Positions 47,489 through 60,882 of a stretch of DNA of 64,000 bases are shown piece by piece. The translations under genes and the position numbers were made by a program. The notes under the pieces were generated by a model that saw nothing but the letters and a program-made list of their open reading frames with translations, did not search any database and was not told where the DNA came from. Source of the stretch: Gnetum montanum (Eukaryota; Plantae; Gnetophyta). The stretch lies in NCBI GenBank assembly GCA_015680685.1, contig MNCI01000751.1:124001-188000 (forward strand). The letters run 5' to 3'. Numbering within the stretch: position 1 is the stretch's first letter; every line of letters begins with the position of its first letter.

Positions 47489-50400
47489 TGATGAGTCATG
47501 TTTTGCAGGGCTACAATATTGGATATTCGATATTGGGGCCATGATGTTGGGTATTCGATATTAGGGCATAACCTGTAATGTTAGACATCTAATATCACCC
47601 ATGCTATACTAGCCTATAAAGAACACACTTGGGTGCATGGTTGGGAAATAGTTTTATTGATAGATTTTAGATACCTTTTTCATAGCTTTGTGATTTCAAG
47701 TTTTGTTGTTTCCCAGTGCATGCCTATAGTGTGATGTTAATGATTGTACAACATCCTTATTCAAGTGTGATGTACTTGGACATGTTACATGACTAGCAAT
47801 AAAGATCGAGATTACTTTCATCATTGCAGCATCCACTTAGATTTATTATCATTTTAATTGTTTAATTGTTTACTATTTTCCTTAGTTAACATTTTCATTT
47901 ATTACTCTTTATTATTCTTGTCATTAAGCGGAATGAGTATGACTAATCACAAGGGCTTAAGTGTACTTACTTGGTAACCTAGCAATGTATCATTTGGTGA
48001 GCCTAGTGATGTACACTTGGTAATTTGAGTGGTAGTTGCGCAAAGTCCAAGGCACATGTACATGATTAGGCATGGATACACATCGCACGTAGGCTAGTTT
48101 AGATTTTACTTTCCACCATTAATTAGTTTAATTAATCACTCTCTTTGTTATTATTAGGAGTAGCATAGGGCTAGACAACATTAATCATCATATGCCTCAC
48201 TTTGGACTAAACCGTACATGACAAAGCTTCAACTAGTCGAAGTGGGAAGGCAATGAATTATGATCAAAGCATAACGATTTAGATGCACAACTAAGCCCAT
48301 CCACGGAATTCGATCGGATTGTGTGTGAACGCTTGTAATTCATATGGTTGGGCATAGGGGTACCTTGTCACTCATCATTGGTGCTATTGTTGGGTATGGT
48401 GATAGTTATCTAGATTAGTTATATTGTACACAATCACTATAAACACATTAACGATATATCTTTTAGATAATATTAAATCATACACATCATTAACTAAAAA
48501 CAATGTCTCTCTCCCAATGAAGTGATAATGCATTACATGGAGAGAACATTCATTGGAGAACTAATAAGATATATGTTGAAGAAAATTGGAGTAACCAACG
48601 TTATGGCAGGGTTTCATATGTTCATAACCATCCTGATGACACTCAAAGACTACATTCACCTAAGGTAGCAAACCCTAGAGGAGATGAAGTAAGTCTTGGA
48701 CTAGGGAAGGCCTCAAGGCCTAGGACCTCCTCACAACTTGGAAATGACAAATCATGGGATCCTAGGGAATACCATAGAAACAATGGTAGCCCTCCTAGTT
48801 TCTCATCTTCCTCTTCCCCTTCAATGTCTAGCTCTGATGAAGATGAATGTAACTATAGAGATAAATGTGGAATATGGTGACTACATGTTTCACAATAGAT
48901 AAATGTCATCTATGAATCCATATTAAATAAGATGAGATCCCATTCATGTAATTCTTATCTAATTACATGTTTAGTTTGTCCTATATTAAGAAGATCCTTA
49001 AATATGATAAGGATCATCCCCATGATTTCTGAGATTCATGCTTATCTCTCCAAATCTATTCTTGGGAGATCAAGGCTTATATAATTGTAGTAGCACATAT
49101 TTATTTATGAGATAGAAGGAATATAGAAGAGATATAGAAGTAAAAGAGTTTCATAAGAGTGTGCTTGTTCTAAAAAAGTTCTTTATTTCCTTTAAGCTTA
49201 GATCTAGATCTAGGGCCGTTTAGATTCTTCAATAAAGCTCCACTAAGGCATCGAAATAAAAACAAAAATCAAACCCATGAGAAAAATCAAAAACATCAAC
49301 ATGAACATAGACAAAATTGTCACAATTAAATAAATAAAAATTGAAATTTTGCTCATGACATGTTTGATGATGATGAACCCTTATTGGCCACTAGTAGCTT
49401 GATGCAGATCATAGAGGTAGTTAAGATATCTCACAGGCATTACAAAGAGAGTCACCTACCCAGGCTTGATATAAATAATATCCATAAATTTACGAGAGGA
49501 TACGATTTAGATCCAAAACATCATCTAAAAGCCTTCCATGACACCCATGTCTCATACAACATTGAAAATGGAAGGCAAAAGCTTAAGCTCTTTCCTAGGA
49601 CATTAATTGATAGAGATGAAGTGTGGTATAGATTGTTAAAACCAAATTCAATTTGATGGTGGTTTAAATTATTAGAACTTTTCAACAAAAGATACCAAAC
49701 CTATGCAAGGATATCCAACTTGAGGAGACAAATCCAAAGATGGAGATAAAAACAACATGAAGCCTTGGACATGGCCTTAGATAGATATTATTCTCTATTG
49801 AATGGATGTCCAGGCCATGGTTTCTCTGAGGAAAGGTGGCTTTTCCATATCATAGATGGGCTTCATAATGAAACAAGAGAGACCCTTTGGATGTATGCTC
49901 TAGGTGAATTATATAAGCTACGAAACCATCAGATCTAAGAGTTAATCAAGTGTGTGGCAAAAGAAGAAGGAGAACTCTGCAAATCGAAGGATGTTAAGAA
50001 ATCTCACTGGGACCCAACTCTTCAAAAGAAGAAGGTCCATATCTATGGTAAGGAGAAAGAAGGAGCTCTTGGTAAGGTGATTCCACAACAAAGCTTATTG
50101 ATACAAAAGGATATCAATGAATTGGAAGAAAAGTTTGATAAGATGTCAGAGTGGATAAATGAGAAAGTTACAACTTTTGTAGAAACAGTAGAGAAGAAGG
50201 TAATGCAAAACAAATCAAACGATCACAACCAATGGAGGAAGAAGAACCAAGAAACAACTAGGAACACTTATTGACAAATAGGAACATGGCTAAAGGAAGC
50301 AAGGTTATAGACTCAACCATAGATGAAGATGACAGATGTGGCATCTGCATATATGACCACCCAAAGGGTCATTGCCTAGTCATGTCACATCTACATGAGT

Positions 50401-52480
50401 ATTGGGCTTTTGCATTAAATCCCAAATTCATACAAAAGCACATGCCCAGGAAATTTCCTATTCCACATGGTAATTATAGACAGTTCCACAATCGATTGTA
50501 CTATCTTAGGGGGACTTATTACCAACCTCAACATTGTCATCAACCATAGTGGCAAAACCCATAGTCATGGCGGAGGCCATCACCAAACCAGACCTACCTT
50601 CACTACTAGCTAAAATTGTATAGTTATTATGTTCAACAACCTATTTCCCCAACTAGTTCTACGTCCTCTACTTCAAATTGCTACTATCACTCTCCCGAGT
50701 ATGATCAATCCATGACATCTCCTAANNNNNNNNNNNNNNNNNNNNNNNNNNNNNNNNNNNNNNNNNNNNNNNNNNNNNNNNNNNNNNNNNNNNNNNNNNN
50801 NNNNNNNNNNNNNNNNNNNNNNNNNNNNNNNNNNNNNNNNNNNNNNNNNNNNNNNNNNNNNNNNNNNNNNNNNNNNNNNNNNNNNNNNNNNNNNNNNNNN
50901 NNNNNNNNNNNNNNNNNNNNNNNNNNNNNNNNNNNNNNNNNNNNNNNNNNNNNNNNNNNNNNNNNNNNNNNNNNNNNNNNNNNNNNNNNNNNNNNNNNNN
51001 NNNNNNNNNNNNNNNNNNNNNNNNNNNNNNNNNNNNNNNNNNNNNNNNNNNNNNNNNNNNNNNNNNNNNNNNNNNNNNNNNNNNNNNNNNNNNNNNNNNN
51101 NNNNNNNNNNNNNNNNNNNNNNNNNNNNNNNNNNNNNNNNNNNNNNNNNNNNNNNNNNNNNNNNNNNNNNNNNNNNNNNNNNNNNNNNNNNNNNNNNNNN
51201 NNNNNNNNNNNNNNNNNNNNNNNNNNNNNNNNNNNNNNNNNNNNNNNNNNNNNNNNNNNNNNNNNNNNNNNNNNNNNNNNNNNNNNNNNNNNNNNNNNNN
51301 NNNNNNNNNNNNNNNNNNNNNNNNGAGGTTTTCTCTATGTTGTCAAATCATGAGGGATTGATTATTCAGATAGTGTGGCCACATCATCCATCCACCCATT
51401 CCATTAATAAGAGGTTCTTGCTATGGTCATAATGATATTCTTTTTTATCACTAAAACTAAAAATAAATTCATAATCATTGTGCCTAGATAGAAAAGTGAA
51501 GAACCAAGGGGGAATGTGAAGGGTGTAACATCAAGAGGATTTGTGAATTCTCTTTGACCGCTTCTGTATGTTCTACCATGTTGCTTTGGTTGTCGTTATA
51601 TCCTTGTAGATCTAATGAAAAATGGGAGTAAGAGTAACATAAAGGGCATTGAATAAATTTTTAAGGGCCCCACTAGAAAGACATGTTACCCATGCTTGAA
51701 GGTTGGTAGCTTCTCAGACTTTCATAAAAAAAGAAAAAAGAAAATATGCCTTGAATAAACTCCTCCCTTGGACAAAATGCTAAGTAAGGTTACTCCTTGC
51801 TACTGTGGTAGTCTTATGGTTGTCAATCAAAGTGATAAAATAATGTGATGTCATTGGAATGTGGTTTGGACTTAGTTTGAATTTTGGAAAGAAGGGCTAA
51901 TGATTACTTAACCATTAATAACACATGAGGATTCATTATGCCTTTGGTGAGACACATCAAGTTCCAATTCCTCCAATCCTTTTTGAAACCCATCTCATAT
52001 CACTGTCCGTATGATCCTAACTTGTGATTTTGTGTAACTTAGAGTTATTTTTTCAAATTGGTGGTTTTAACATGTGTGTTTTGTTTCATAAGTATGCATT
52101 GCATTCAACTGCTTTGGTTCCTATGGACATTTTTAGGTGTGGTTATACAAGTACATTATGAGCTGAAGCTTGCTTTGGGGAGGACCCACTTGTATAGCTA
52201 TTGTGATTTGTACTTGTTAGATACAACCACATCATCTTAAACCTTCCATGTAAAATGTTTAATTTACCACTTTCCCTTATCATATAATTGATCCATTCAA
52301 AACATAAATCTAATACCCCTTTCTTGCATCTTCCAAAGGTGTTAACGTCGACAACTTCATCTTCTAACACTTTCGGTGCCTAACTATGATTTCCTACTTA
52401 CCCCAGAACTATGGACCTAACCTCAAACCTTCCAACCAATTACAAAGCTTCATATTTTTTACTTATTCCCCTCATTAAAT
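47489..52480 (+). mobile_element. Athila-like element: 5' LTR 47489-48377, PBS, gag, assembly gap, 3' non-coding region
   Basis: TGATGAG...CTCATCA, then TTGGTGCTATTGTTGGG (decayed TGGCGCCGTTGCCGGG, tRNA-Asp type PBS); gag QKLKLFPRTLI..WYR.LKPNSI homologous to 36900-37230; GCTTTGGGGAGGACCC shared with 31137-31155. Confidence 0.8.
48875..49253 (+). mobile_element. Probable ~380-bp solo LTR nested in gag
   Basis: Interrupts the gag homology; TGGTG...GCATCG ends; TTATATAA; flanks GAATA / AAATA. Confidence 0.5.
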
Positions 52481-53499
52481 GCATATTTGAGCACCCCAAT
52501 ATTGACTGCCTGATATTGATTTAGACTCGACGTCAGATACTTGATATCACATACCTGATATTGGGTCCATAAAACCTATATATATGACCCTTGTAGTGCC
52601 CCAAAATCCATTCTCATCATTTGTAGCTAGGGGAGTTTTTCAAATTTTCTTTCATGACTAAGAGTTCTATGTAATCAACTTTCACTTACGATATTTTGCT
52701 TCATATTGGTTCGATTTTTGTATCGTTTGGACCTATTTGAACCTGGAGTGTTCAATTTAGTCATGGGAGGGTACTTGTGTGGAAAACTTGCATTGATTTT
52801 TTAAAAATTTGCTATCACGAGGAAGGTATTACAAGGGTAATATTGTTAAAAACCTTAAGTGTTGTAATGAAAACCTATAAATAGTGAAGCTTGTACACCT
52901 TTAGTTCAAGACCTTTCACTATTATTACATTAGTTCCCTTTATTTTGATAAATTTTTTTTGTTGATTATAATTATATTTGTTATAATAGTACATTATTTG
53001 TTTAGCTTTGTTATACATAATCATCTTTTATGTTATCGCTTTGCTAAATATTTACTACTAATAACTTAGCTTTTAGTAGTGGGTGAATCCTTCCACCTAT
53101 AAGTCACTCATCATGGATCCATAGTTGAGAAGCTATAACTAATGGATGAAGCCATCCATTATCTTCAAAGAATATCCTTCACTTGTCCATTTCACCCTAC
53201 TCTTGGCTATACCTCTTAAAAATATTTTCCTCTTATTACAAGCCATTGATAACTTTTACAAGAACTTTGCTAAGCCTCTTAAGTATTCATTAGTCTATGA
53301 ATAAGGATAGATGAACCTCTCATAAAGTATATTATATGTTACTTTAAATTTAGACATTAAAAGCCAACAATTAACTTTAGATAGCTTTAATGAATAATAC
53401 ACATTTTATTGAATATTTGTGTGCTTTAAGGATTAGACAAAGTCTTGGCATAATGGTTATCCATTATATCTATAGAGGTAATATTTAATATTTTTTGCT

Positions 53500-55760
53500 T
53501 TCTTTTTACCTAGAGCTTATCTAATCTCTTCTAGTAGAAAGTCCATAGAGTTGTGTTATTTTCTATAATAATCACATAATCCTTAGCTTCATGTTGAATG
53601 ATTTCTAGTAGTTGTTGCATGATTCTCGATGATGTACTCTTCAAAGAATGATAATTGCTTCTTATGCAAGTGTAGATCATACCTTCATGTTAAAATTACT
53701 ATATCTAATGAACTTTGAAAATTAACTTTATATATCTAATTAAAATAATTAGCTGGCACTCCATGAAGTATAGCAATCTTTAAAAGAATACTTGAATAAT
53801 ATCTTTAACACTTACAAATACCTTACTAGCTATAAAATGGAAAGACTTAGTCAAAAGGTCTATAATAATAAGGATACCATCCTTCTCATTTCTAGTATGA
53901 GGTTGTTCCATGCTAAATGCTACCAATCCTTCCTATTTCCATTTTGGGATACTATGAAGATGTAAACTTCTATCAAGTCTCTAATGTTTTTCCTTTAGTT
54001 ATTGACATACTTGTTAACCTTTTGGTATGTCAAAACCTTGAAAAATGGAGAATTTGTAAGTGTACTTATGAGATCTTGTACATATAAGAAAGGTATATAA
54101 AGAATAGTAAGGAGGCCAAGACAAGATCATGAATTGAAAAATTAGAATACTAAAGTCCAACAAGAAAATGCAAGGATTTGAAGGAAATCACAAGGATGCA
54201 AGATTTCTCAAATTTCAAAGAAGACATCTTGGAGATTGAGAAGATGTCTCATTCTATTGCAAGACATCTTTGCTAAGAAGCTCTAGTCTTAGGTAATATG
54301 TCTTCACAAAATAGCATATGTCTCATGTTTAGGCAAGACATATTAGCCAAGACATGTTGGATCAAGTCAAGATGTCTGAACCAAGATGTTTTAAGACAAA
54401 TGACACATCTCACTTGCAAGATGAAGAACATGGTAAGAGGTCTTGGGCTTGTGAAAGATATCTCAAATAGTCATTTCTAGCCATTGTACAATATCCAATG
54501 GACATATGATGTTGACAAGGCTATAAAAGAAAGTGATACCTTTTTGAGAAAAGCACTGTTCATGTGATCAAGCTATCATTGTATACAAATCTTGAGAAAT
54601 TTTATAATTCATCTTTGTATCATTTATTGAGGATTTTGATGTTTTGTTAAGCCAAAAAGTAAGAAATCAAAAGATTAGTTCAATTTATTCCTTGATATTT
54701 CTATCTCTTATTAAGAGCCTTAAGGTGTTGGATGTACTTCTTAAGAGAAGGCATCCTTTGTGCTTGTTGGAACCTTGAGGGGTTGGGTGTATTTCTGAGA
54801 GAAAATACCCATAGAGAATCTCAAGACTTTGTAAAGGTTGTAGTGTTCTTGAAACCATATTTTTTGAAGGAACAAAGTTTGTAGGTGTGCAAGGATTCTA
54901 TCCTTTGAGTGTGGATGTACCCAAGTTGGGGAACCATGTATATCTATTGTGCAAGAATTAGGTCTCATTAGCTAGAACTTATTTAACCCCTCTTCTAAGT
55001 TCTCAATTCTCAATACTAGATACTTTGTCACAAATTTGCTTATATTCCTCTTTATGTTGAACAATCAATAGTGTTTCTTAATATTTTGAGAAATATTATT
55101 TTTGCCTAGATGTATTTAATGCTTACTCAAATATGCTTCTTCTAAAAGTCTTTAATAGACTTTCTATGAAACATAAGTTATTTCTTTAAATCTCATTGAT
55201 CTTAAGCTATTTACTAAGTATAATTGATCTTCTTTGATATAAATGATATGTTATATTGATACTAAGGATTTGAGATTTAATAAGAGAGAATCTCATTCCT
55301 TTAACCTGATAAGATAGTGAGACTATAGAGTTTTCTAGTTATCCTACTTACTGCATCTATTATTGTATTTTCTTCACCTCAATGATACTAAACTATGAAC
55401 TTAAAATCTATGAACAACCCAATCCATCTTTTGTATTTTATGTTCAACTAACGCTAACTCATCACATATTGTAAAATCTTTTGATATGCTAATATAGTAA
55501 TCTATTAATCTATTAATATAGTAGTTCTTTCAAATCTTAACAACAAATGTTGTGGTATTAAGCTCAAGATCATGAGTTGGATACTTAGTCTAATAAGGCT
55601 TTAACTATCTAGAAGCATAGGATAACACCTTTCCTTTTTATATTAAAACACATTAACAAGCTTCACTAGAAGCCTCTATGTAGGCACCATACTACTTTCC
55701 AAGAGTTAGAGAGATTAAAATTAATGTTAAGGTCAATCTCTTTTTGAAGTTTTCAAAGGT
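53500..55760 (-). mobile_element. Highly decayed Ty3/gypsy RNase H-integrase remnant, interrupted by a solo LTR
   Basis: Minus-strand VLSYASR*LKPY*TKYPTHDLEL at about 55560-55630; left boundary approximate. Confidence 0.65.
54012..55005 (+). mobile_element. SIRE-like (copia) solo LTR
   Basis: TGTT...TCA; flanks ATACT / ATTCT; 3' motif ATTTAACCCCTCTTCT; repeated AAGACATCT / AAGATGTCT motifs upstream of CTATAAAAG. Confidence 0.65.
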
Positions 55761-55763
55761 TGT

Positions 55764-56860
55764 TGATAAAACCTTTAAATATGCAGCCTACGATATTGTA
55801 GCTTTGCATACATCATCATAGATGTGATGTAGTGGGCCATGGTAATGCTTATAAATACCAACCCACCATTATGTCAAAATGAATAGCTTTCATCAACACT
55901 TAGCTAGATTCTTGTAGTTTTTTCTGTAACTTAGACTTAGCGATAGAGTGAATGCCTGTAGTGTGGTGTTTAACAATTGTATGAAGTCTTTATTTGAGTG
56001 GATTATTTTTGGGCATAATTCATGATTGACAATAAAGATCAAGTTTATTTCTCACCATTGCAGCATATCACTTAGTTTAAATTTTACTTTACTCTTTAGC
56101 ATGTTTATTGTTATTAAGCCTTCTACATTTTCCAAGCACTTTACTTTTCCCATGTCCATTAGTAAGGAAAAATAAGTATGAATGGATTCAAGCATAAAGT
56201 ATAACAATTTGATAATCTAGTAGTAACTTTTCTTGATTCACTTAGTAGTAAAGGTATTTAGTAATGCTTGTAATGGTTGCATGAGCCTAAGACATGTATG
56301 ACAAGCTAGGAATGAATACTTATCACCATAGGCTAGATCAAATTGACATTTTTTCATCCTTAGATTTAGACTTAATCTTCATTTTCACTATGTTAACACC
56401 TAGCAATATTAAAAGCCAAACAACATCATCCTATCATATACCTCACTAAGAATTAAACTATACAACCTACGCTTCATTAACTCTACATTAGAAGATAACG
56501 ATTGTGAATTGAGCATCAACTATTAGTAAATTTACATTGGCCATCCACGGATTATAATCAGGTCACATGTGAACACTTGTGACTTGTATGGTTGAGTGTT
56601 CGAATACCTAATAGCTTATCATTGGTGCTATTACTGGGGATTTGTCAATGTATGCTAGGTAGTTGATTTTACACAATTTTTTGTATCAAATATTACAAAG
56701 TATACCTTTCATAGTTGAAATCAATTCTAAATGTACACACACTTAAGCATCATAACAATTAAAATGGCTTCTACAACTAAGAAAAAATCTCCATCTCCTA
56801 TTGAATTTAGTAAAAGTCATGACAAGGACTATAATCACAAAAATTTCCTATGATCACATA
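55764..56860 (+). mobile_element. Another Athila-family LTR (to 56621) with PBS and truncated leader/gag start
   Basis: CAATAAAGATC and ATCATATACCTCAC family motifs; ...TTATCA followed by TTGGTGCTATTACTGGGGA. Confidence 0.75.
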
Positions 56861-56922
56861 TGGAGATATTTACAGGGAAACATTATCTTACTATTCTAAT
56901 TTCACATTTATTTTTTTACTAG

Positions 56923-57534
56923 GATGAACAACTCATATGGAGATATTTACAGGGAAACATTATCTTACCACCAAAACCTTCAACACTATCAATGCTTCAA
57001 GTAATCCAAATTGACAATGATTAGTTTTAGGTAATAATATTTCTTTATTATTCTTTACTCTTCCATTTTTCTTAATTTATTTATAACTCATAATTTTAGT
57101 CTTGTTTATGTAGATGAAAGAGAAGGAATGGCAAAAGGACATGGATGATCGATCAATACAGATGGATATGTTGAAGACCCAACTTAAAAGAAAGGAGGAA
57201 TTAGTAGCTGCAGCAAGATGTGTGACTGAGTACATCAAACAATTGTGTGATCGATTGGCTAAATCTAAGGTAGTGCTTAGTAAGAAAAATTCCATTGATG
57301 AAAAAGAGGAGCATAATTGAAGATAGTCATAGATCTCCTTAAATTGTGTGGTCACAAAAGGATTGTTTGAAGCAATCCTTAAAAAAAGCTTCTCTAGATG
57401 GTGAGCATAGCATGTTGCACTCTCCAATTCTCCTAAGAGTTTCTCCAAATATTTTACAACATTTGGTGCATCCTTGGGAATTGGATGCAAAGATGATGGA
57501 ACTCAAGCTAGTATTAAATCATAATCTACCTTGA
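56923..57534 (+). pseudogene. Decayed spliced ORF, 3' exons, coiled-coil-like
   Basis: AT-rich GT...AG segment 57031-57113 followed by MKEKEWQKDMDDRSIQMDMLKTQLKRKEE. Confidence 0.4.
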
Positions 57535-57649
57535 AGTTGCATGATTGAGACTTCTTTAAATGGTAGACATCCTCACAAATAGAATAGGGTTTATTATAAA
57601 AAATTCACTAACTAATACACCAAAGAAGTAGAAGTTCTTCTTTAGTAGC

Positions 57650-59302
57650 CACCACTATCTATCCCATCAAAAAAGAAGAACCTAAAATAGAGAAAGAATG
57701 AACCATTGGAATAGACTTAGGAAGTGGTGTTGGTGCTCCTTGTGGTAGGGAACCTCTTATAGGTATTGCAAGAAAAGAAGGCATGCCTAGTGATCTAGAT
57801 GGAGGAATTGGAGTCTATTTAGAAGTAACACTTGCATCATCTCTGTCCATCTCTCGAACAAAGTACTATTACTCCATATACATTTGCAACAAAAAAATCA
57901 ACATCATACAAAGGAAAGAGAGAAGTATTCAAACCTTTAAATAAGTAAAAATTACTTCTAGTTGCTTTCCTTTATCTTGTCTTGTACTTTGTCAAGTTTA
58001 TTGAGGTTGTTGTTGAGCTTGTTGTTGGGCTTGTTGCCTTATAACTATTGAACCACTAGAACTTTGTCTAGTACGTTGCCTCTAAAAAAAGAAAAAAAGC
58101 AATTTATTAAAAAAATAAATAAGACATATATGCCTTGGAAGTAGAATGTGTGATCTATTCTTGTAGTTGAACCATACCAAAGGTTGAAGTATTTTGAACT
58201 TCGTTAGTCTGTGTAGCTTCATCTTGGGCACTTTGAATCGATTCATTTTGTAGCCTAGATTGTACTATCAAATACATAAAATAAAGACACAATCCACAAG
58301 AAGAAAATAATAAACACATAAAAATAGCTCATTGATTTCCTTCTGATTTTGAGCATCTTGTAAAGCCAGCTAACCTTTCTTGGCACCCACAATCTTACTC
58401 CTTATATCTCTCTCATGTTCGAGAAATTTAGGGTATAAGCGAGGATTGTAATGACTAAAAAATTTTATTTGGATGGTCATAGCTTAGGATCAAACACATG
58501 AAAAATGGTACACAACATAGGATATAAGATTTTGCAAGATTTTGTTGGACAACAGTAATTCTAGTCATGGCATTATACCAAGGAAAGAAACAAGACAACG
58601 ACCAGTCATAAATTCTACTAGTTATGGCATCATGAAGTATGTAAATAGAATAAGAATTAACATGGGATTGTTGTTTATACCACAAAACCTTAATATAAAT
58701 GAGTAGACATAAATCAAAGTGAACCCCATTAATGAAATATCCATGAACAAATTAGCTTTTACCAAGAGTAGAATCAATAACATAATCAGATAATTTCTTT
58801 TTGAGAAATGATTTAAATTTTGGAGAGAAAGCTGATGGAATTAAAGGATCCTCTCCTTTCTAAAAACCCAAGGCTATTCAAATATCAAAAGAAAGGATTG
58901 TTATTGCTTCAAAAAGTAACTAGGAAGTAGAACGTTTTTTACTATTATACTGTTCACACCATTCCATGAGAACACCTTTGTAATAGGAAAGTTTAAAAAT
59001 GGGGAAGACAAGTAAATTAGATAACCTTGAAGTTGTAAGGTACTGAAACCCCTCCTTTCCAAGTAAGTTACAAACACAATCGGAAGCAAAAAGTACATTA
59101 TTTTGATGTAAAATAATAGTGGGTGATTGAGAACTACCTGAAGGAGTTTGAGGTAGGGTGAAGGTTGATGCTTGGGGACCATGATGAAGATGGTTAGAAT
59201 CCTTTGATAGTAGAAAATCTTCAAGCTTCTTTGCTGATAGAATCCTTCAATCTTCTATTGAGTTGTGATGGGCAAAGCCTTTTTTTTCTTCTCATATTTA
59301 TA
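57650..59302 (-). pseudogene. Decayed multi-exon gene, probably TE accessory, with its own TATA box
   Basis: TATAAATA at about 59295-59302; long first exon with few stops (LLVFPIFKLSYYKGVLMEWCEQYNSKKR; HDAITSRIYDWS); then short AT-rich introns and Q-rich exons. Confidence 0.5.
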
Positions 59303-60567
59303 ATACAATAGTAAAAATCATAGTAGAAGTTAAGAGGAAGTTTTAACTTAAGTTAATCAAAGATTTGATAAAGCTAATGTGTACTTTTTATTTTTAAAAG
59401 CTAATGTTTACTTTTTGTTTTTAAAAAATAATGTTTACTCTTTTTGATTTTATGATTTCTAGGTTCCCTAAAATGGAATTATCTCTAGCTTAACTCGAAG
59501 TGCTCTCCAAGATGATTCCAATGGTACCATTTTCATCAAAATCTGACTTACGGTTTGAAAGATACGATAATTCTTAGGTTACGTGTAGTTTAAAATTAAA
59601 TAAAAGGTAATTTTTTAAAATTTTAAATTATATAAAAAAAATAAAAACAAGGGGCTAGAGGTCTAGGGTTCAATTTTTGAGCCTAAAAAATTATTAAGTA
59701 TTAAAAAAATAATTAAAATAGTAATAATAAATTTCAAATCCTTGGAGGGCCATGATTGATCTTTCTACTAGCTACAATTGACTATGCTGGTAGCCATAGC
59801 CAGTGCTGTTGGCAGCTGTGGCCAAGTCTGCTACCCGTTGTGGTTGCAAAGGGACTAGCCCTTCGGCTAGGCCCAAGGGCAACCTTCCATTGCACATCAC
59901 CCCCCTTCAATACTGTGACGCTTGCATCTTTTGTTGTCTATTGCCACGTCCTGCCATCGCACCTTGCTATGCTTGCCTTCTACTACCTGTTGCCTCACTA
60001 CACCTAGTTACTACCGTACTACCCATTTCCATGCACTTGTCACCATCGTCATGTGTTGTTGCTCACCACTACATGTCCATTATTTACCGCTGTGCACTTG
60101 TTGCTGTGGAGTGCCTCACATCTACTACCATAAACTACCTCTTACACCATCATAAACTACCTTTCGTGCTACCATAAACTGCCTTCCATGCTACCACAAA
60201 CTACCTCTTCGGACACCTGTAGAAACTGCCTCTCCATTGAACACACGCAAAAGTCATGCAAGTCTTGAGATGGGCCACGCTAGTCCATAAGAGGGCTGTG
60301 TAGACCCTGAGATGGGTTGCGTCAGCCCAGAGGAGGGCTATGTGGATTCTAAAATGGTTGTCACCTGTGCACTAGAAATTTTTTGTTGGTAGATGAAAAA
60401 TTTGAATTTCTTGACAATTGACGGGAATTTCGGAATTGCTGTCAATTGACAGAAAAATTTTAAAATTTTTCATCTTTAATTGTTAATTTAAATTAAGAAC
60501 ATGCACAAGTATTTTTAAAAAAGCTCAAATTGACGCCTTCATAATAAAGGATATAAAAACTTTATCA

Positions 60568-60620
60568 TTAAATTATGCTTGTTCTAGAGTAGAACTGGGA
60601 TGGGTGACCTCCTAGGAAGT
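60568..60620 (+). other. 5S rRNA-derived segment (internal control region with C box); not a complete 5S gene
   Basis: TGCTTGTTCTAGAGTAGAACTGGGATGGGTGACCTCCTAGGAAGT matches the plant 5S sequence as recalled (TGCTTGGGCGAGAGTAGTACTAGGATGGGTGACCTCCTGGGAAGT) at 39/45 positions. Confidence 0.85.
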
Positions 60621-60882
60621 TTTGAAAAATGTGCAAGTTTTATAAATTTAAAATGGGTACAACTTTTGAATTCAGAATCTATTTTGAACTAAATAAAAAC
60701 TAATTCCAATAAATCTGAACCTTCCAAACTTAACGGAACTATCAGATTTAGCTTTCGAATTATAGAAAATTAGTGTTTTTATCCATTGTTTAAAGTTCAA
60801 AAAATAATTAGGATTCGATCCTCAATAAGAAATCCATAATAGTTTCAACTTCTTTTACAACTAATTAACTATTTTGAGACCC

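Noticed and set aside
59756-60177. Three overlapping Cys/His/Leu-rich ORFs
   Set aside because: Low-complexity C-rich leader sequence is open in several frames and shows no recognisable domain.
60568-60620. Functional 5S rRNA gene
   Set aside because: Only about 50 of 120 nt are present, both ends are missing, and there is no tandem array.
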